Assembly (NCBI RefSeq): GCF_009646335.1
Contig: NZ_WJBU01000018.1
Location: 1-64,000 of the forward strand
Source of the DNA: Caenimonas koreensis DSM 17982
GTDB lineage: Bacteria; Pseudomonadota; Gammaproteobacteria; Burkholderiales; Burkholderiaceae_C
DNA: 64,000 nt
Reading direction: 5' to 3'
This document shows, in pieces, positions 52,258 through 62,543 of the stretch. The position numbers were made by a program, and so were the translations under genes. The stretch's first letter is position 1, and each line of letters starts with the position of its first letter. The notes under the pieces were generated by a model. It had not been told where the DNA came from, searched no databases, and saw only the letters and a list, made by a program, of their open reading frames with translations.

Positions 52258-52803
52258 TCAGATGGGTTTGAAATGCTCGAACGGCTCGCGGCAGCTGAGG
52301 CACCGATACATCGCCTTGCATGCGGTGGAGCTGAACGCGGCGAGCTTCTCGGTGTGCAGGCTGGCGCAGCGCGGGCAGGCGACATCAGGCTCGCGCCGGC
52401 GGCCAAACACGCGAATCGGCTGCTCAGCCTCTGGCATCGCCGGGCCGGGCGGCGCAATGCCGTAGTCGTTCAGCTTGCGGCGGCCCTCTTGGGTGATCCA
52501 GTCGGTCGTCCACGCGGGCGAGCGTTGCAGCGTGGCGCGCACGGGGCCGAGCCCTTCTGCGTTGATGGCTGCCAGGCAGCTCTGCTCGATCACTTCCGTT
52601 GCGGGGCAGCCGGAATACGTGGGCGTCAGCACTACTTCGAGCTCGTCGCCGTGGTCGATCACGTCGCGCACGATGCCCAGGTCGCGCACCGACAGCGCCG
52701 GCACTTCGGGGTCGAGCACGCCGCCCAGCACGTCCCATGCGCGGCTGGCGCGCGTGGCTTGCTGCTCTGCGCGGCCGGCGCGTGTGGCGGGCTGTGTCAC
52801 CAC
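52258..52803 (-). CDS. paaD: 1,2-phenylacetyl-CoA epoxidase subunit D
   Basis: 181 aa, with DUF59/MIP18-like and Cys motifs. Confidence 0.85.
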   Translation of the reverse strand: MVTQPATRAGRAEQQATRASRAWDVLGGVLDPEVPALSVRDLGIVRDVIDHGDELEVVLTPTYSGCPATEVIEQSCLAAINAEGLGPVRATLQRSPAWTTDWITQEGRRKLNDYGIAPPGPAMPEAEQPIRVFGRRREPDVACPRCASLHTEKLAAFSSTACKAMYRCLSCREPFEHFKPI

Positions 52804-53570
52804 ACGCCCCCGGGATAGGCGCGCTGCAGGTACTGCATTTCAGCCAGGATGAAGCCCATGTGTTCGCTGTGCACGCCACTCTTGCCCGTGCTCAGGAACT
52901 TTGACTCAGCCGGCATGGCAATGCCTGATGCGGTGAGGATCTCGCCCATGTCGCGCATCCACGCGTCTTTCAAGTCACCCCAACGCGGGCCGAGCCCTGA
53001 CGCATGCGCGGCTTCGTCGATCGCGTCCGACGCGAACAGCTCAGCCGAGTAATGCCACAGGTCAGCCATGGCCTGCGTGAGGCGGCGGCGCGATTCATCG
53101 GTGCCGTGGCCCAGGCGCACCATCCAGTCTGCCGCATGCTGCTGGTGGTAGCGCGCTTCTTTCACGGCCTTGCCTGCAATGGCCGCAAGCTCCGGGTCGC
53201 TCGATGACCTGAGTGCGTCCCACAGATGGCGAAAGAACGTGCCCATCATCGCGTTGCGCAGCACGGTGAACGCGAAGTCGCCACGCGGCAACTCGACGAG
53301 CGTGACGTTGCGGTAGTCGCGCTCGTCCCGCAGGAAGGCGAAATCATCTTCATCGTGGCCCGCACTCTCGACAGCGCCCGCATAGGTGAGCACGGCGCGC
53401 GACTGGCCCACGAGGTCGAGCGCCATGTTGGCCAGCGCTATGTCTTCTTCAAGCTGGGGTGCGTGGCCCGTCCATTCGGCGATTCGCTGGCCGAGCACGA
53501 GCGCGGTGTCGCCGATGCGCAGCAGGTACTGCACGGCGGGAGTCAGGGTGACGCGGATCGACGCTTGCAT
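52797..53570 (-). CDS. paaC: 1,2-phenylacetyl-CoA epoxidase subunit C
   Basis: About 257 aa, ferritin-like. Confidence 0.85.
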   Translation of the reverse strand: MQASIRVTLTPAVQYLLRIGDTALVLGQRIAEWTGHAPQLEEDIALANMALDLVGQSRAVLTYAGAVESAGHDEDDFAFLRDERDYRNVTLVELPRGDFAFTVLRNAMMGTFFRHLWDALRSSSDPELAAIAGKAVKEARYHQQHAADWMVRLGHGTDESRRRLTQAMADLWHYSAELFASDAIDEAAHASGLGPRWGDLKDAWMRDMGEILTASGIAMPAESKFLSTGKSGVHSEHMGFILAEMQYLQRAYPGGVW

Positions 53571-53579
53571 GTGCATGCC

Positions 53580-53879
53580 TTACATGTGGTCCACAGCTGC
53601 GGGCAGCTTGTAGAACGTGGGGTGGCGATACACCTTGTCTTCCATCGGGTCGAAGTACATGTCCTTGTCGCCCGGGTCGCTGGAGACGATCTGGTCCGAC
53701 TGCACGACCCACACGCTGGTGCCCTCTTGCCGGCGCGTGTACACGTCACGCGCCATCTGGATGGCCATCTTCGCGTCAGACGCGTGCAGGCTGCCGCAGT
53801 GCTTGTGGTCCAGGCCCGACTTGCTGCGCACGAACACTTCCCACAAGGGCCATTCATTGCTTTTGGTGACGGCGTTCAT
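53580..53879 (-). CDS. paaB: 1,2-phenylacetyl-CoA epoxidase subunit B
   Basis: 99 aa; [11 protein letters not shown]. Confidence 0.9.
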   Translation of the reverse strand: MNAVTKSNEWPLWEVFVRSKSGLDHKHCGSLHASDAKMAIQMARDVYTRRQEGTSVWVVQSDQIVSSDPGDKDMYFDPMEDKVYRHPTFYKLPAAVDHM

Positions 53880-54886
53880 GCGGCCTCCTTCATCGGTTCG
53901 GTTTGCTTCGCTGCGTAGGCCATGGCGGCCTCACGCACCCAGGCGCCTTCGTCCCACGCTTTCACGCGCGCGGCCAGGCGTTCACGGTTGCACGGGCCAT
54001 TGCCTGCAATCACGTTGAAAAACTCGTCCCAGTCGATCTTGCCGAAGTCGTAGTGCTGGCGCTCTTCGTTCCACTTGAGTTCAGGATCGGGCAGCGTCAC
54101 GCCGAGCAGCTTGGCCTGCTCCACGGTGGCGTCGATGAACTTCTGGCGCAGCTCGTCGTTCGACACGCGCTTGATGCCCCAGCGCATGGACTGCGCGCTG
54201 TTGGGCGACTGGTCGTCCGGCGGGCCGAACATCATGATCGACGGCCACCACCAGCGGTTGACCGCGTCCTGCACCATCACGCGCTGCGCTTCCGTGCCCT
54301 TTTCCATCATGGTGAGCAAGGCCTCGTAGCCTTGCCGCTGGTGGAAGCTTTCTTCACGGCACACGCGGATCATCGCGCGCGCATAGGGGCCGAACGAGCA
54401 ACGGCAGATGGGCACCTGGTTCATGATCGCCGCCCCATCGACGAGCCAGCCGATCACGCCAACATCCGCCCAGGTGAGTGTGGGGTAGTTGAAGATGGAG
54501 CTGTACTTCGCGCGGCCGCTATGCAGCGCTTCAATCATCTGGTCGCGCGAGGTGCCCAGTGTTTCAGCGGCGGAATACAGGTAAAGCCCGTGGCCGCCTT
54601 CGTCCTGCACCTTGGCCAGCAGGATGGCCTTGCGCTTGAGGGTGGGCGCGCGTGAAATCCAGTTGCCTTCGGGCAGCATGCCGACGATTTCAGAGTGGGC
54701 GTGCTGGCTGATCTGCCGCACCAGCGTCTTGCGGTAGTGGTCCGGCATCCAGTCTTTGGCTTCGATGAAGTCGCCGTTGTCGATGCGGGCATCAAAGCGC
54801 TCTTGCAGCTTCATTTCCTCAGCCGAGCGAACGGCCTTTGCAGCGCCTTCGTCCTTGCCCATCGTGTCCATTGCCTGCGTGTACAT
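53876..54886 (-). CDS. paaA: 1,2-phenylacetyl-CoA epoxidase catalytic subunit A
   Basis: Strong match to E. coli PaaA throughout ([16 protein letters not shown]...). ATG at 54886 with an AGGAGA RBS. Confidence 0.85.
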   Translation of the reverse strand: MYTQAMDTMGKDEGAAKAVRSAEEMKLQERFDARIDNGDFIEAKDWMPDHYRKTLVRQISQHAHSEIVGMLPEGNWISRAPTLKRKAILLAKVQDEGGHGLYLYSAAETLGTSRDQMIEALHSGRAKYSSIFNYPTLTWADVGVIGWLVDGAAIMNQVPICRCSFGPYARAMIRVCREESFHQRQGYEALLTMMEKGTEAQRVMVQDAVNRWWWPSIMMFGPPDDQSPNSAQSMRWGIKRVSNDELRQKFIDATVEQAKLLGVTLPDPELKWNEERQHYDFGKIDWDEFFNVIAGNGPCNRERLAARVKAWDEGAWVREAAMAYAAKQTEPMKEAA

Positions 54887-55026
54887 GCGCTCTCCTGAAA
54901 AGAGATTACCGACCAAGCGGTCGATAATAGGAGAGGCAGTGCAAGCTGTCAAACGTCCCATCGATTTGGCTGCACTTGCGCCGGTGAACCCATGCATACT
55001 GCCAGCTCGACGCCAGGAGTTCCTGC

Positions 55027-56670
55027 ATGCCCATCGCACGTTCTGCACGTTCTTTCACCCGTACATCGATCGCGCTGGCCTGCACGGCGGCGCTGCTTTC
55101 ATGCGCAAACGTGCCCGCGCCCTTCGCGCCCGACTTCACCGCCAGGGCGCCGCACCTGGACGGCTACGGCAGCTCCAGCATTGCCATCACCACACGATCC
55201 GAAGCCGCGCGCAAGCTCTTCAATGAAGGTGTGTTGCAAGCCTATGCCTTCAACGAGAACGAGGCCGTGCGCACGTTCAAGGCCGCGCTCGCGCAAGACC
55301 CCGAGTGCGCGATGTGCGCGTGGGGCGTGGCCTGGCAGCTCGGCCCCAACATCAACGACAGCGGTCGGCGCGAAGCCGATGCAGTGAACTACGTGGATTA
55401 CGCGCTCAAGCGCCTGGCCAACGCCACGCCGCGCGAGCGCGCCCTGGTCGAGGCGCTTGCCATTCGCTACGCCCACGAGAGCACGGCCCGGGAGACTGCG
55501 CCGCTGGTGGCCATGGTCTGCGGCAAGGGTGCTGCCAGTGAAAGCGATGACGTCAATCCGCTCGACGCCGCCTATGCCGATCGCATGCGCAAGCTCGCGG
55601 ATGCGTACCCGATGGACGCAGACATCCTCTCGCTCTACGCCGAGGCCGAACTCATCGCCACACCGGGCGACGATGCATGGACGGCCGACGGCAAACCCGT
55701 CGGCCGCGTGGGCGAAGTGGCTGACCGGCTCGAGCGTCTGCTCACTGCGAACACCGGCCACACCGGCATCAATCACTACATGATCCACATGGTCGATGAC
55801 CGGCACGTGGCCCATCGCGCCGTGGCGGCAGCTGACCGGCTGGGCAAGCTCGCGCCCCTGTCGCCGCACCTGGTGCACATGCCCGCGCACACGTTCGTGA
55901 ATGTCGGCCGCTATGCCGATGCAGTGCGTGTGAACGAGAGCGCCGTCGCCGCTGACGCCACGCTCGCGCAAACGCAGAAGGCCCAAGGCTTCGAGACGAC
56001 CAAGGACTGGCGCGGCCACAACCAGCACTTCCTCTGGTACGCCTCGCTGATGGCCGAGCGCGAAGACGCTGCCATGACCACGGCGCTGGCCATGCGCGAA
56101 ATGTTCCCCGGCACGCCGCACGCGTTTGCCGAATACGTCAATAGCCTGCCGCTCGTCACGCTCGTGCGCTTCGAGCAGTGGGACAAGATCCTGGCGCAGC
56201 CCAAGCCAGAGGGTGACAGGGGCATCTCGCAGCTGTGGTTCGAGTACGCCCGCGGCGTGGCACAGGCGCGGCTGGGGCGGCTGGCCGAAGCTGACGCAAC
56301 GCTGGTCGCACTCAAGGCCACGGCAACAGGTGTGAAAGACAAGTACACCAAGAGCAGCAGGCAGCAACGCAACCTGCGCGCCATGGCCGACACAGCGCAA
56401 GCCGGCTTGCAGGCGGAGGTGGCGCTCGCCAAGAAGCAGTTCGACGAAGCCATTGCGCAGCAGCAGGCGATGGTCAAGGCCGCAGAGAAGATCGACGCGC
56501 AAGAGCCACCCGCGCTGGGGGACGGCACGAAGTTGAAGCTCGGTGAAATACAGCTGCGCGCGGGCAAATTCAAGGAAGCTGAAGCCACCTACCGTGAGGC
56601 GCTCGTCGAGAGGCCCGGCAGCCCGTGGGCGGCGCGCGGCATCGCGAAGGCGATCGAGAAGAAGGCCTGA
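55027..56670 (+). CDS. secreted TPR-like repeat protein (hypothetical)
   Basis: 547 aa with a signal peptide and Ala-rich helical repeats. Confidence 0.55.
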   Translation: MPIARSARSFTRTSIALACTAALLSCANVPAPFAPDFTARAPHLDGYGSSSIAITTRSEAARKLFNEGVLQAYAFNENEAVRTFKAALAQDPECAMCAWGVAWQLGPNINDSGRREADAVNYVDYALKRLANATPRERALVEALAIRYAHESTARETAPLVAMVCGKGAASESDDVNPLDAAYADRMRKLADAYPMDADILSLYAEAELIATPGDDAWTADGKPVGRVGEVADRLERLLTANTGHTGINHYMIHMVDDRHVAHRAVAAADRLGKLAPLSPHLVHMPAHTFVNVGRYADAVRVNESAVAADATLAQTQKAQGFETTKDWRGHNQHFLWYASLMAEREDAAMTTALAMREMFPGTPHAFAEYVNSLPLVTLVRFEQWDKILAQPKPEGDRGISQLWFEYARGVAQARLGRLAEADATLVALKATATGVKDKYTKSSRQQRNLRAMADTAQAGLQAEVALAKKQFDEAIAQQQAMVKAAEKIDAQEPPALGDGTKLKLGEIQLRAGKFKEAEATYREALVERPGSPWAARGIAKAIEKKA

Positions 56671-56842
56671 GCTGGAGCACCTTCGCAGGCATGCGGCTCA
56701 GTAGTGAACATGCGCTAGTGCTGCAGGCAGCCGGTGAACTTGCTGTGTGCATCACGGCATGCAGCATTCTTGCCTAGAATTCGTCATCCCAGTCTTCGAG
56801 CCATGCTGCCCCACAAGGGCGGCCCGCCCCTTTTTTTTTCGC

Positions 56843-58597
56843 ATGTCCCTCTACCGCCTGATCGGCCAGTTCCTGCGTCGCCATTCCGCCGCCTACGCCT
56901 CCTCGGCGCTGATGCTGGCGGGCATTGCGGTGCTGAGCGTCTGGATTCCGCGGCAGATCGGCCATGTGGTCGACGCACTGGTCGCCAACCAGCTGCAAGG
57001 CACGCAGCTGATGCTGCAGCTCGGCTGGCTCATAGCAGCAGGCGTCATGGTCTACTTCTTTCGCGCAGGCTGGCGGCTGCGGCTGTTTGCCGCGTCGATG
57101 CGGCTGGGCGTCGAGCTGCGCCAGCGCCTGTACCACCGCCTGTCGTTGCAGGGGCCCGCCTTCTTCCAGCAAAAGCGCACCGGCAACCTGATGGCGCTGG
57201 CCACCAACGACATCGACGCTGTCGAAGCCGCCGCCGGTGAAGCCATGCTCGCCGGCTTCGACGGCAGCCTCACGCTGGCGCTGATCGTTGCGGTGATGAC
57301 GCTGGGCGTCGACTGGCGGCTCGCCGCGATGGCGCTGCTGCCCTTCCCGCTCATGGCCATCGCTTTCTGGTGGATCTCGCGCCACGTGCACGAGGCATCG
57401 CGCCTGTCGCTCGAACGCTTCGGCGCACTCAACGACCACGTGCAGGAAACACTGTCGGGCGTGCGCACCGTTCGCGCCCTCGGCCTGCTGGGCCGCAGCG
57501 AGACGCAGTTCTCGCAACTCGCCGGCGCGGCTGCCGACGCGAGCTTCGATGCACAGCGCTGGGAAGCAGCTTACGAGCCGGCTGTCGGCTTCACGCTCGC
57601 GACGGCAACGGCCACCACGCTGGGCGTAGGCGGCTGGCTGGTGTGGCACGACGAGCTCACGGTGGGCCAGCTCACGTCGTTCAGCCTCTACCTGGGCCAG
57701 CTGATCTGGCCGATGTTTGCGGCAGGCTGGGTGCTGTCACTGCTCGAGCGCGGCAAGGCGGCGTGGGAGCGGCTGCAGCCGGTGCTCGACATGCCGCTGA
57801 CGGTGGACGATCACGGCACGGTTGCCAGCGTGACGCCCGGGCCGGTTGTGGCGCAGCGCGTGAGCTTCAGCTATCCCGGCCAGCCCCGGCCAGCCCTCGA
57901 CAACGTGTCGCTCAGCCTCGCACCCGGCCGCACGCTCGGACTGGTCGGCCCCACGGGCGCGGGCAAGTCCACACTGCTGCGCCTGTTGATGCGCCACGAT
58001 GCGCCGGCGCAAGGCTCCATCGAATGGAACGGCGTGCTGCTTGCCGACTACACGCTCGACGCGCTGCGCGCCGGCATCGCGTGGGTGCCACAGGAGCCGT
58101 TCCTGTTCTCTGCTTCCGTCGCTGAAAACATTGCGCTCGCCCGCCCCGACGCGACACGCGAGCAAGTGATGCACGCTGCCATGCTCGCCGCCGTGCACGA
58201 CGACATCTCGCGACTGCCGAATGGCTACGACACGCCGGTGGGCGAGCGCGGCGTGACGCTCTCGGGCGGGCAGCGCCAGCGCGTCGCGATTGCGCGCGCG
58301 CTGCTGGCCGATGCGCCGCTGCTGCTGCTCGACGACGCACTGTCGGCGGTCGACACCGACACCGAGTCGCGCATCCTCGCGCACCTGCGGCAAGCGCGCG
58401 TCGGCCGCACGGTGATCATCGTGAGCCACCGGCTGTCCACAGTCGCCGATGCCGACGAAACGATCGTGCTGCGCGATGGCCACGTCGCCGAGCAAGGCAC
58501 GCATGCCGAGCTGGTGACGGGCGGCGCCACAGGCAACGGCTGGTACGCGCGCCAGTGGCGCTACCAACAACTTCAGGCGAGCCTCGATGCCAGCTGA
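56843..58597 (+). CDS. ABC transporter permease/ATP-binding protein (type I exporter half-transporter)
   Basis: 6-TM domain plus NBD (Walker A GPTGAGKST, signature LSGGQRQR). Confidence 0.85.
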   Translation: MSLYRLIGQFLRRHSAAYASSALMLAGIAVLSVWIPRQIGHVVDALVANQLQGTQLMLQLGWLIAAGVMVYFFRAGWRLRLFAASMRLGVELRQRLYHRLSLQGPAFFQQKRTGNLMALATNDIDAVEAAAGEAMLAGFDGSLTLALIVAVMTLGVDWRLAAMALLPFPLMAIAFWWISRHVHEASRLSLERFGALNDHVQETLSGVRTVRALGLLGRSETQFSQLAGAAADASFDAQRWEAAYEPAVGFTLATATATTLGVGGWLVWHDELTVGQLTSFSLYLGQLIWPMFAAGWVLSLLERGKAAWERLQPVLDMPLTVDDHGTVASVTPGPVVAQRVSFSYPGQPRPALDNVSLSLAPGRTLGLVGPTGAGKSTLLRLLMRHDAPAQGSIEWNGVLLADYTLDALRAGIAWVPQEPFLFSASVAENIALARPDATREQVMHAAMLAAVHDDISRLPNGYDTPVGERGVTLSGGQRQRVAIARALLADAPLLLLDDALSAVDTDTESRILAHLRQARVGRTVIIVSHRLSTVADADETIVLRDGHVAEQGTHAELVTGGATGNGWYARQWRYQQLQASLDAS

Positions 58598-60407
58598 TAC
58601 CGTCATCACCACATCGCCGCCCGTCGAGCAGCTGCCCAAGCGCGAGCTCTTCAACGACGCCGCCAACCTGCTGCTGCGCGCCGCCGCGCCCGAGCGCAAG
58701 CTGATCATCCAGGGCGTGATCTGGCTCGTCGTCGCCGCGCTGCTCGAAACATTCGGCCCGCTCGCCGGCAAGTACCTCATCGACAACTACCTGCTGCCGC
58801 GCGACGCGCAGGTGCCGCAGATCGCCGCGCTGATTGCAGGCGCGCTCGTCGCCGGCATGGCAGCGAGCTGGATCCGCTTCATGCAACTCACGCGGCTGGC
58901 CGGCCTGGCCATGCGCTCCGTGCGGCGTATCCGCGAAAACGTTTACGGCCATGTGCTGCGCCTGCCCATGAGCTTTTTCGACCGCGCCATCACGGGCCAG
59001 CTGGTCAGCCGCGTCACCAACGACACCGAGGCGGTGAAGACGCTCTATGTGCAGGTGCTGTTTGTCATGCTCGACAGCGTGATCGTGCTGTGCGGCGCCA
59101 TGACGGCGATGCTGTGGCTTGACTGGCGGCTGATGCTCATAGTGGCGACGTTGCTGCCGGTGGTGGTGGTCATTGTGTATGCCTACCAGCGCCTCTCGGC
59201 CCCGGCCGTGACACGCTCGCGCGAGCTGCGCAGCGAACTCAACGCACAGATGGCCGAGTCGATCGGCGGCATGCCCATCCTGCAGGCCAGCAACGCAGCG
59301 CCCCGGTTCAACGCACGCTTTGCGGGCCTGAACGAGGCGCACTACCAGTCGCGCCAGCTTGAAATACGCGCCAACGCATGGCTGCTGCGCCCCGTGCTCG
59401 ACTTCATGAATGTGCTGCTCGTCTGCGTGGTGATCTACGTCTTCGGCTCACGCAGCCATGGCACAGCGATGACGGCGCTGGAAGTCGGCGTGATCTACGC
59501 CTTCATCAACTACATCGGCCGGGTCGTCGAGCCGCTGATCCAGATCACGATGCAGTTCTCGCAGCTGCAGCAGGCGATGGTGGGCGCGGCGCGCGTGAAT
59601 GTGCTGCTGCGCGAAGCCGAGGCGCCTGTGGCCGTCGCGCAAGGCGAAGTCACGGCCGGCGGCATTGCAATCGATCACCTGAACTTCGAATACCTGCCGG
59701 GCCGGCCCGTGCTGCACGACATCGACCTGCATATCGCCCCCGGCAGTTTCGTTGGCATCGTCGGCCACACGGGCAGCGGCAAGAGCACCTTGCTCTCGCT
59801 GCTGCTGCGTTTCTACCCGGCGCCAGCTGGCAGCATCCGTCTGGACGGCACGCCCGTCGATGCGATTGGCGAGGACCACTTCCGCGATCGCGTCGGCCTG
59901 GTGCCGCAGGAGCCCTTCCTGCTGGCTGCAAGCGCGCGCGAGAACATCACGATGGGCCGCACGCTCAGCGATGAGCAGGTGGAGAGGGCCGCGCGCGCCG
60001 CGCATGCGCATGACTCCATTGCGGCGCTTGAAGGCGGCTACCACACGCCGCTGGGCGAAGGCGGCGCGCGCCTGTCTGTGGGGCAAAAGCAGCTCATCGC
60101 CATTGCGCGTGCGCTGGCGGGCGACCCGCGCATCCTGTTCCTGGACGAAGCCACGTCACACATCGACTCCGAGACCGAGCAGATCGTGCAGCGCGCGCTC
60201 ACGCAGCTGCGCGGCAAGGTGACCATCGTCGCCATTGCGCACCGGCTCTCGACGGTTCGCGATGCCGACCGCATTGTGGTGCTCAACCACGGGCGCATCG
60301 CCGAGCTGGGCACGCACAGCGAGCTGATGGCCATCGACAACGGGCTGTACCAGCGCCTTTACCTGCTCCAGCAGCTGGAAGAAGAGGAGCCTGAATCTGC
60401 TGCGTAG
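58587..60407 (+). CDS. ABC transporter permease/ATP-binding protein (heterodimer partner)
   Basis: TMD plus NBD (GHTGSGKST, LSVGQKQL); overlaps the upstream gene by 11 bp. Confidence 0.85.
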   Translation: MPADTVITTSPPVEQLPKRELFNDAANLLLRAAAPERKLIIQGVIWLVVAALLETFGPLAGKYLIDNYLLPRDAQVPQIAALIAGALVAGMAASWIRFMQLTRLAGLAMRSVRRIRENVYGHVLRLPMSFFDRAITGQLVSRVTNDTEAVKTLYVQVLFVMLDSVIVLCGAMTAMLWLDWRLMLIVATLLPVVVVIVYAYQRLSAPAVTRSRELRSELNAQMAESIGGMPILQASNAAPRFNARFAGLNEAHYQSRQLEIRANAWLLRPVLDFMNVLLVCVVIYVFGSRSHGTAMTALEVGVIYAFINYIGRVVEPLIQITMQFSQLQQAMVGAARVNVLLREAEAPVAVAQGEVTAGGIAIDHLNFEYLPGRPVLHDIDLHIAPGSFVGIVGHTGSGKSTLLSLLLRFYPAPAGSIRLDGTPVDAIGEDHFRDRVGLVPQEPFLLAASARENITMGRTLSDEQVERAARAAHAHDSIAALEGGYHTPLGEGGARLSVGQKQLIAIARALAGDPRILFLDEATSHIDSETEQIVQRALTQLRGKVTIVAIAHRLSTVRDADRIVVLNHGRIAELGTHSELMAIDNGLYQRLYLLQQLEEEEPESAA

Positions 60408-60499
60408 TCCGGCTCCCACAGGCTTGCCGCCTCTGTACTTGCATGAGGCGGGCCACAGCCGCGCTAGTCTGGACTTTTCGTTATCTCAAGGAGCTCCAG

Positions 60500-60706
60500 A
60501 TGAACAAGGAACAAGTCACAGGCCGTATCAAGGAAGCTGCAGGCGAAGTGCAAGAGCATGTCGGCCGCGCCATTGGCAGCAAAGAGCAGGAACTCAAGGG
60601 CCACATCCGCGAACAAGAGGGCAAGGCCGAGAAGAATGTCGGCGACGCAGTCGCCAAGGTGGACGACCTGATCGACGACGCGGCAGACAAACTGAAGAAC
60701 CGCTGA
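60500..60706 (+). CDS. CsbD-family stress protein
   Basis: 68 aa; MNKEQVTGRIKEAAGEVQE. Confidence 0.7.
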   Translation: MNKEQVTGRIKEAAGEVQEHVGRAIGSKEQELKGHIREQEGKAEKNVGDAVAKVDDLIDDAADKLKNR

Positions 60707-60773
60707 GCCAGCGCGTTCCATGCCGGGCGGGCTGCAATGCACGCTCGCGACATGAACGCACACTCACCAGATC

Positions 60774-60802
60774 ATCGCCCGGCCTCGCTCGGGCGATTTT
60801 TC
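60774..60802. terminator. rho-independent terminator
   Basis: TCGCCCGGCCTCGCTCGGGCGA hairpin followed by a T5 run. Confidence 0.6.
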
Positions 60803-60807
60803 ATTGT

Positions 60808-61074
60808 TCAGCGATAGAACGCTTCGACAGGACCTTTGAGCTTGATCATCACAGGGTTGCCCTTGCGGTCCACCGTCTTGCCCGACGGCACACTGACCCA
60901 GCCTTCGCTGATGCAGTATTCCTCGACATCTCGCCTCTCCTTGCCATTGAAGCGAATACCGATGTCGTGCTGGAAAATTTCGGCGACATGAAACTTGCTC
61001 GACGGATCGGCCGAGAGGCGGTCGGGCAATGCTGGCTTGGCAGCGGCGGGGTTGGGTGTGTTGTTCTCTTCCAT
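60808..61074 (-). CDS. DUF3297 family protein
   Basis: 89 aa from the internal ATG MEENNTPNPAA. Confidence 0.6.
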   Translation of the reverse strand: MEENNTPNPAAAKPALPDRLSADPSSKFHVAEIFQHDIGIRFNGKERRDVEEYCISEGWVSVPSGKTVDRKGNPVMIKLKGPVEAFYR

Positions 61075-61227
61075 CGCCCTATTGTCGCGCGCTTGACCCA
61101 CCCCATGTGCGGTGGCAGACTCCGCGTTCCCATCCACCGCCACAGGAGACAAAGCAATGACGAACACGCCCCTTGCCCTCATCCTGTCGGCCGCCTGATC
61201 TATTCAGCGCTTCCCCAGATCACAGAT

Positions 61228-61323
61228 TGATCACCGCAAGGTGATTCCCGCAAGGTGATCCCCGCAAGGTGATCCCCGCAAGGTGATCCCCGCGAGTTGA
61301 TTCCCGCGAGTTGATCGCCGCTG
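61228..61323. repeat. 14-bp tandem repeat, about 6.9 copies (TGATCCCCGCAAGG consensus, drifting to TGATTCCCGCGAGT)
   Basis: Read directly; lies in the divergent intergenic region between the DUF3297 gene and rsgA, about 110 bp upstream of the rsgA ATG. Confidence 0.75.
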
Positions 61324-61433
61324 TTTCAGCGGCCGGCATCCACACCCCTTCCTCAGGCCCGGCGTGCATGGCGCACGCACGGGTCACCTGTTCGCGCCCT
61401 GCGCGCGAGCGAAGCACTGGATTGCACCCCACA

Positions 61434-62522
61434 ATGATCGATTTCGATTTCGCAAAACTGCGCAGGATCGGGCTCAACCAAGAGCTCATCCAGCACATTG
61501 CCTCTTTAACCTCAACCTCGGCTGTACCGGCCAACGCAGACGACGCCACCCAGCTCATGCGCATCGTCGAAACCCAGCGTGACCAGTTCACGCTGCACGA
61601 TGGAGATTCACAGCACCGCGCACGCGCTGCGACGCGACTGCTCCATGTCCTGCAAGCGCAGGCCACAACGCTTGCCGTGGGCGACTGGGTCCTCGTGCAG
61701 CAGCACGCGCCCGGCGATTGGTGGATCACCACCCGCATACCGCCCTTCACCCACATCGCGCGGCGCGCCAACGACGGGCGGCGCCAGTCGCTCGCGAGCA
61801 ATATCGACACCGCATTGCTCGCGATGGGCCTGGACGCAGACTTCAACCCGCGGCGCATGGAGCGCTACATCGCAATGGCCGGCGCCGCGGGTGTCGCGCC
61901 CGTCGTGGTGCTGACCAAGGCGGACATTGGCACCAACGTGCAGCAGCGCGTCGCCGAACTGCGCGAGCGACTGCCCGCGAACCTGCCCATCATTGCCGTC
62001 AACGGACTCGATGCACAGGCACGCGTCGAACTCGCGCCGTGGCTCGGCGCGGGCCAGACGCTGGTGCTGCTCGGCTCGTCAGGTGCAGGCAAATCAACGC
62101 TTACCAATACGTTGACGTGCGAGCCATTGCAAGACACGGGCCCCGTGCGGCGAGGCGATGGCCGCGGCCAGCACACGACAACGTCACGCTCGCTGCACCT
62201 GTGCAGTGAAGGCGCCTGCATCATCGACACACCCGGCCTGCGGACCTGGCGGCCCGATGCGGACAGCGAAGCACTCGCCGCCACGTTCGACGACATCGAG
62301 ATGCTGGCAAAAGCATGCCAGTTCCGCGACTGCCGGCATCAGGGCGAGCCAGGCTGCAACGTGGCCGCGCACGTGGCCGCAGACCGGCTGCTCAACTTCC
62401 ACAAGCTCATGCGCGATGCCGCACGCAGCGAGCAGACACCGCTCGACCGCATTGCCGAGCGGTCGAAGTGGAAGTCGCTGCACAAGGCAAGTGCAGCGCG
62501 ACTTCGCAACAAGCGGCCCTAG
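61434..62522 (+). CDS. rsgA: ribosome small-subunit-dependent GTPase A
   Basis: Circularly permuted GTPase (VLTKADI ... GSSGAGKSTL ... DTPG) and C-terminal zinc finger CQFRDCRHQGEPGC. Confidence 0.85.
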   Translation: MIDFDFAKLRRIGLNQELIQHIASLTSTSAVPANADDATQLMRIVETQRDQFTLHDGDSQHRARAATRLLHVLQAQATTLAVGDWVLVQQHAPGDWWITTRIPPFTHIARRANDGRRQSLASNIDTALLAMGLDADFNPRRMERYIAMAGAAGVAPVVVLTKADIGTNVQQRVAELRERLPANLPIIAVNGLDAQARVELAPWLGAGQTLVLLGSSGAGKSTLTNTLTCEPLQDTGPVRRGDGRGQHTTTSRSLHLCSEGACIIDTPGLRTWRPDADSEALAATFDDIEMLAKACQFRDCRHQGEPGCNVAAHVAADRLLNFHKLMRDAARSEQTPLDRIAERSKWKSLHKASAARLRNKRP

Positions 62523-62543
62523 TGAGCCGCGCGAGCGTGAAGG

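Noticed and set aside
55099-56502. 467-aa minus ORF
   Set aside because: Antisense to the secreted TPR-like protein gene, which has a signal peptide and repeat structure.
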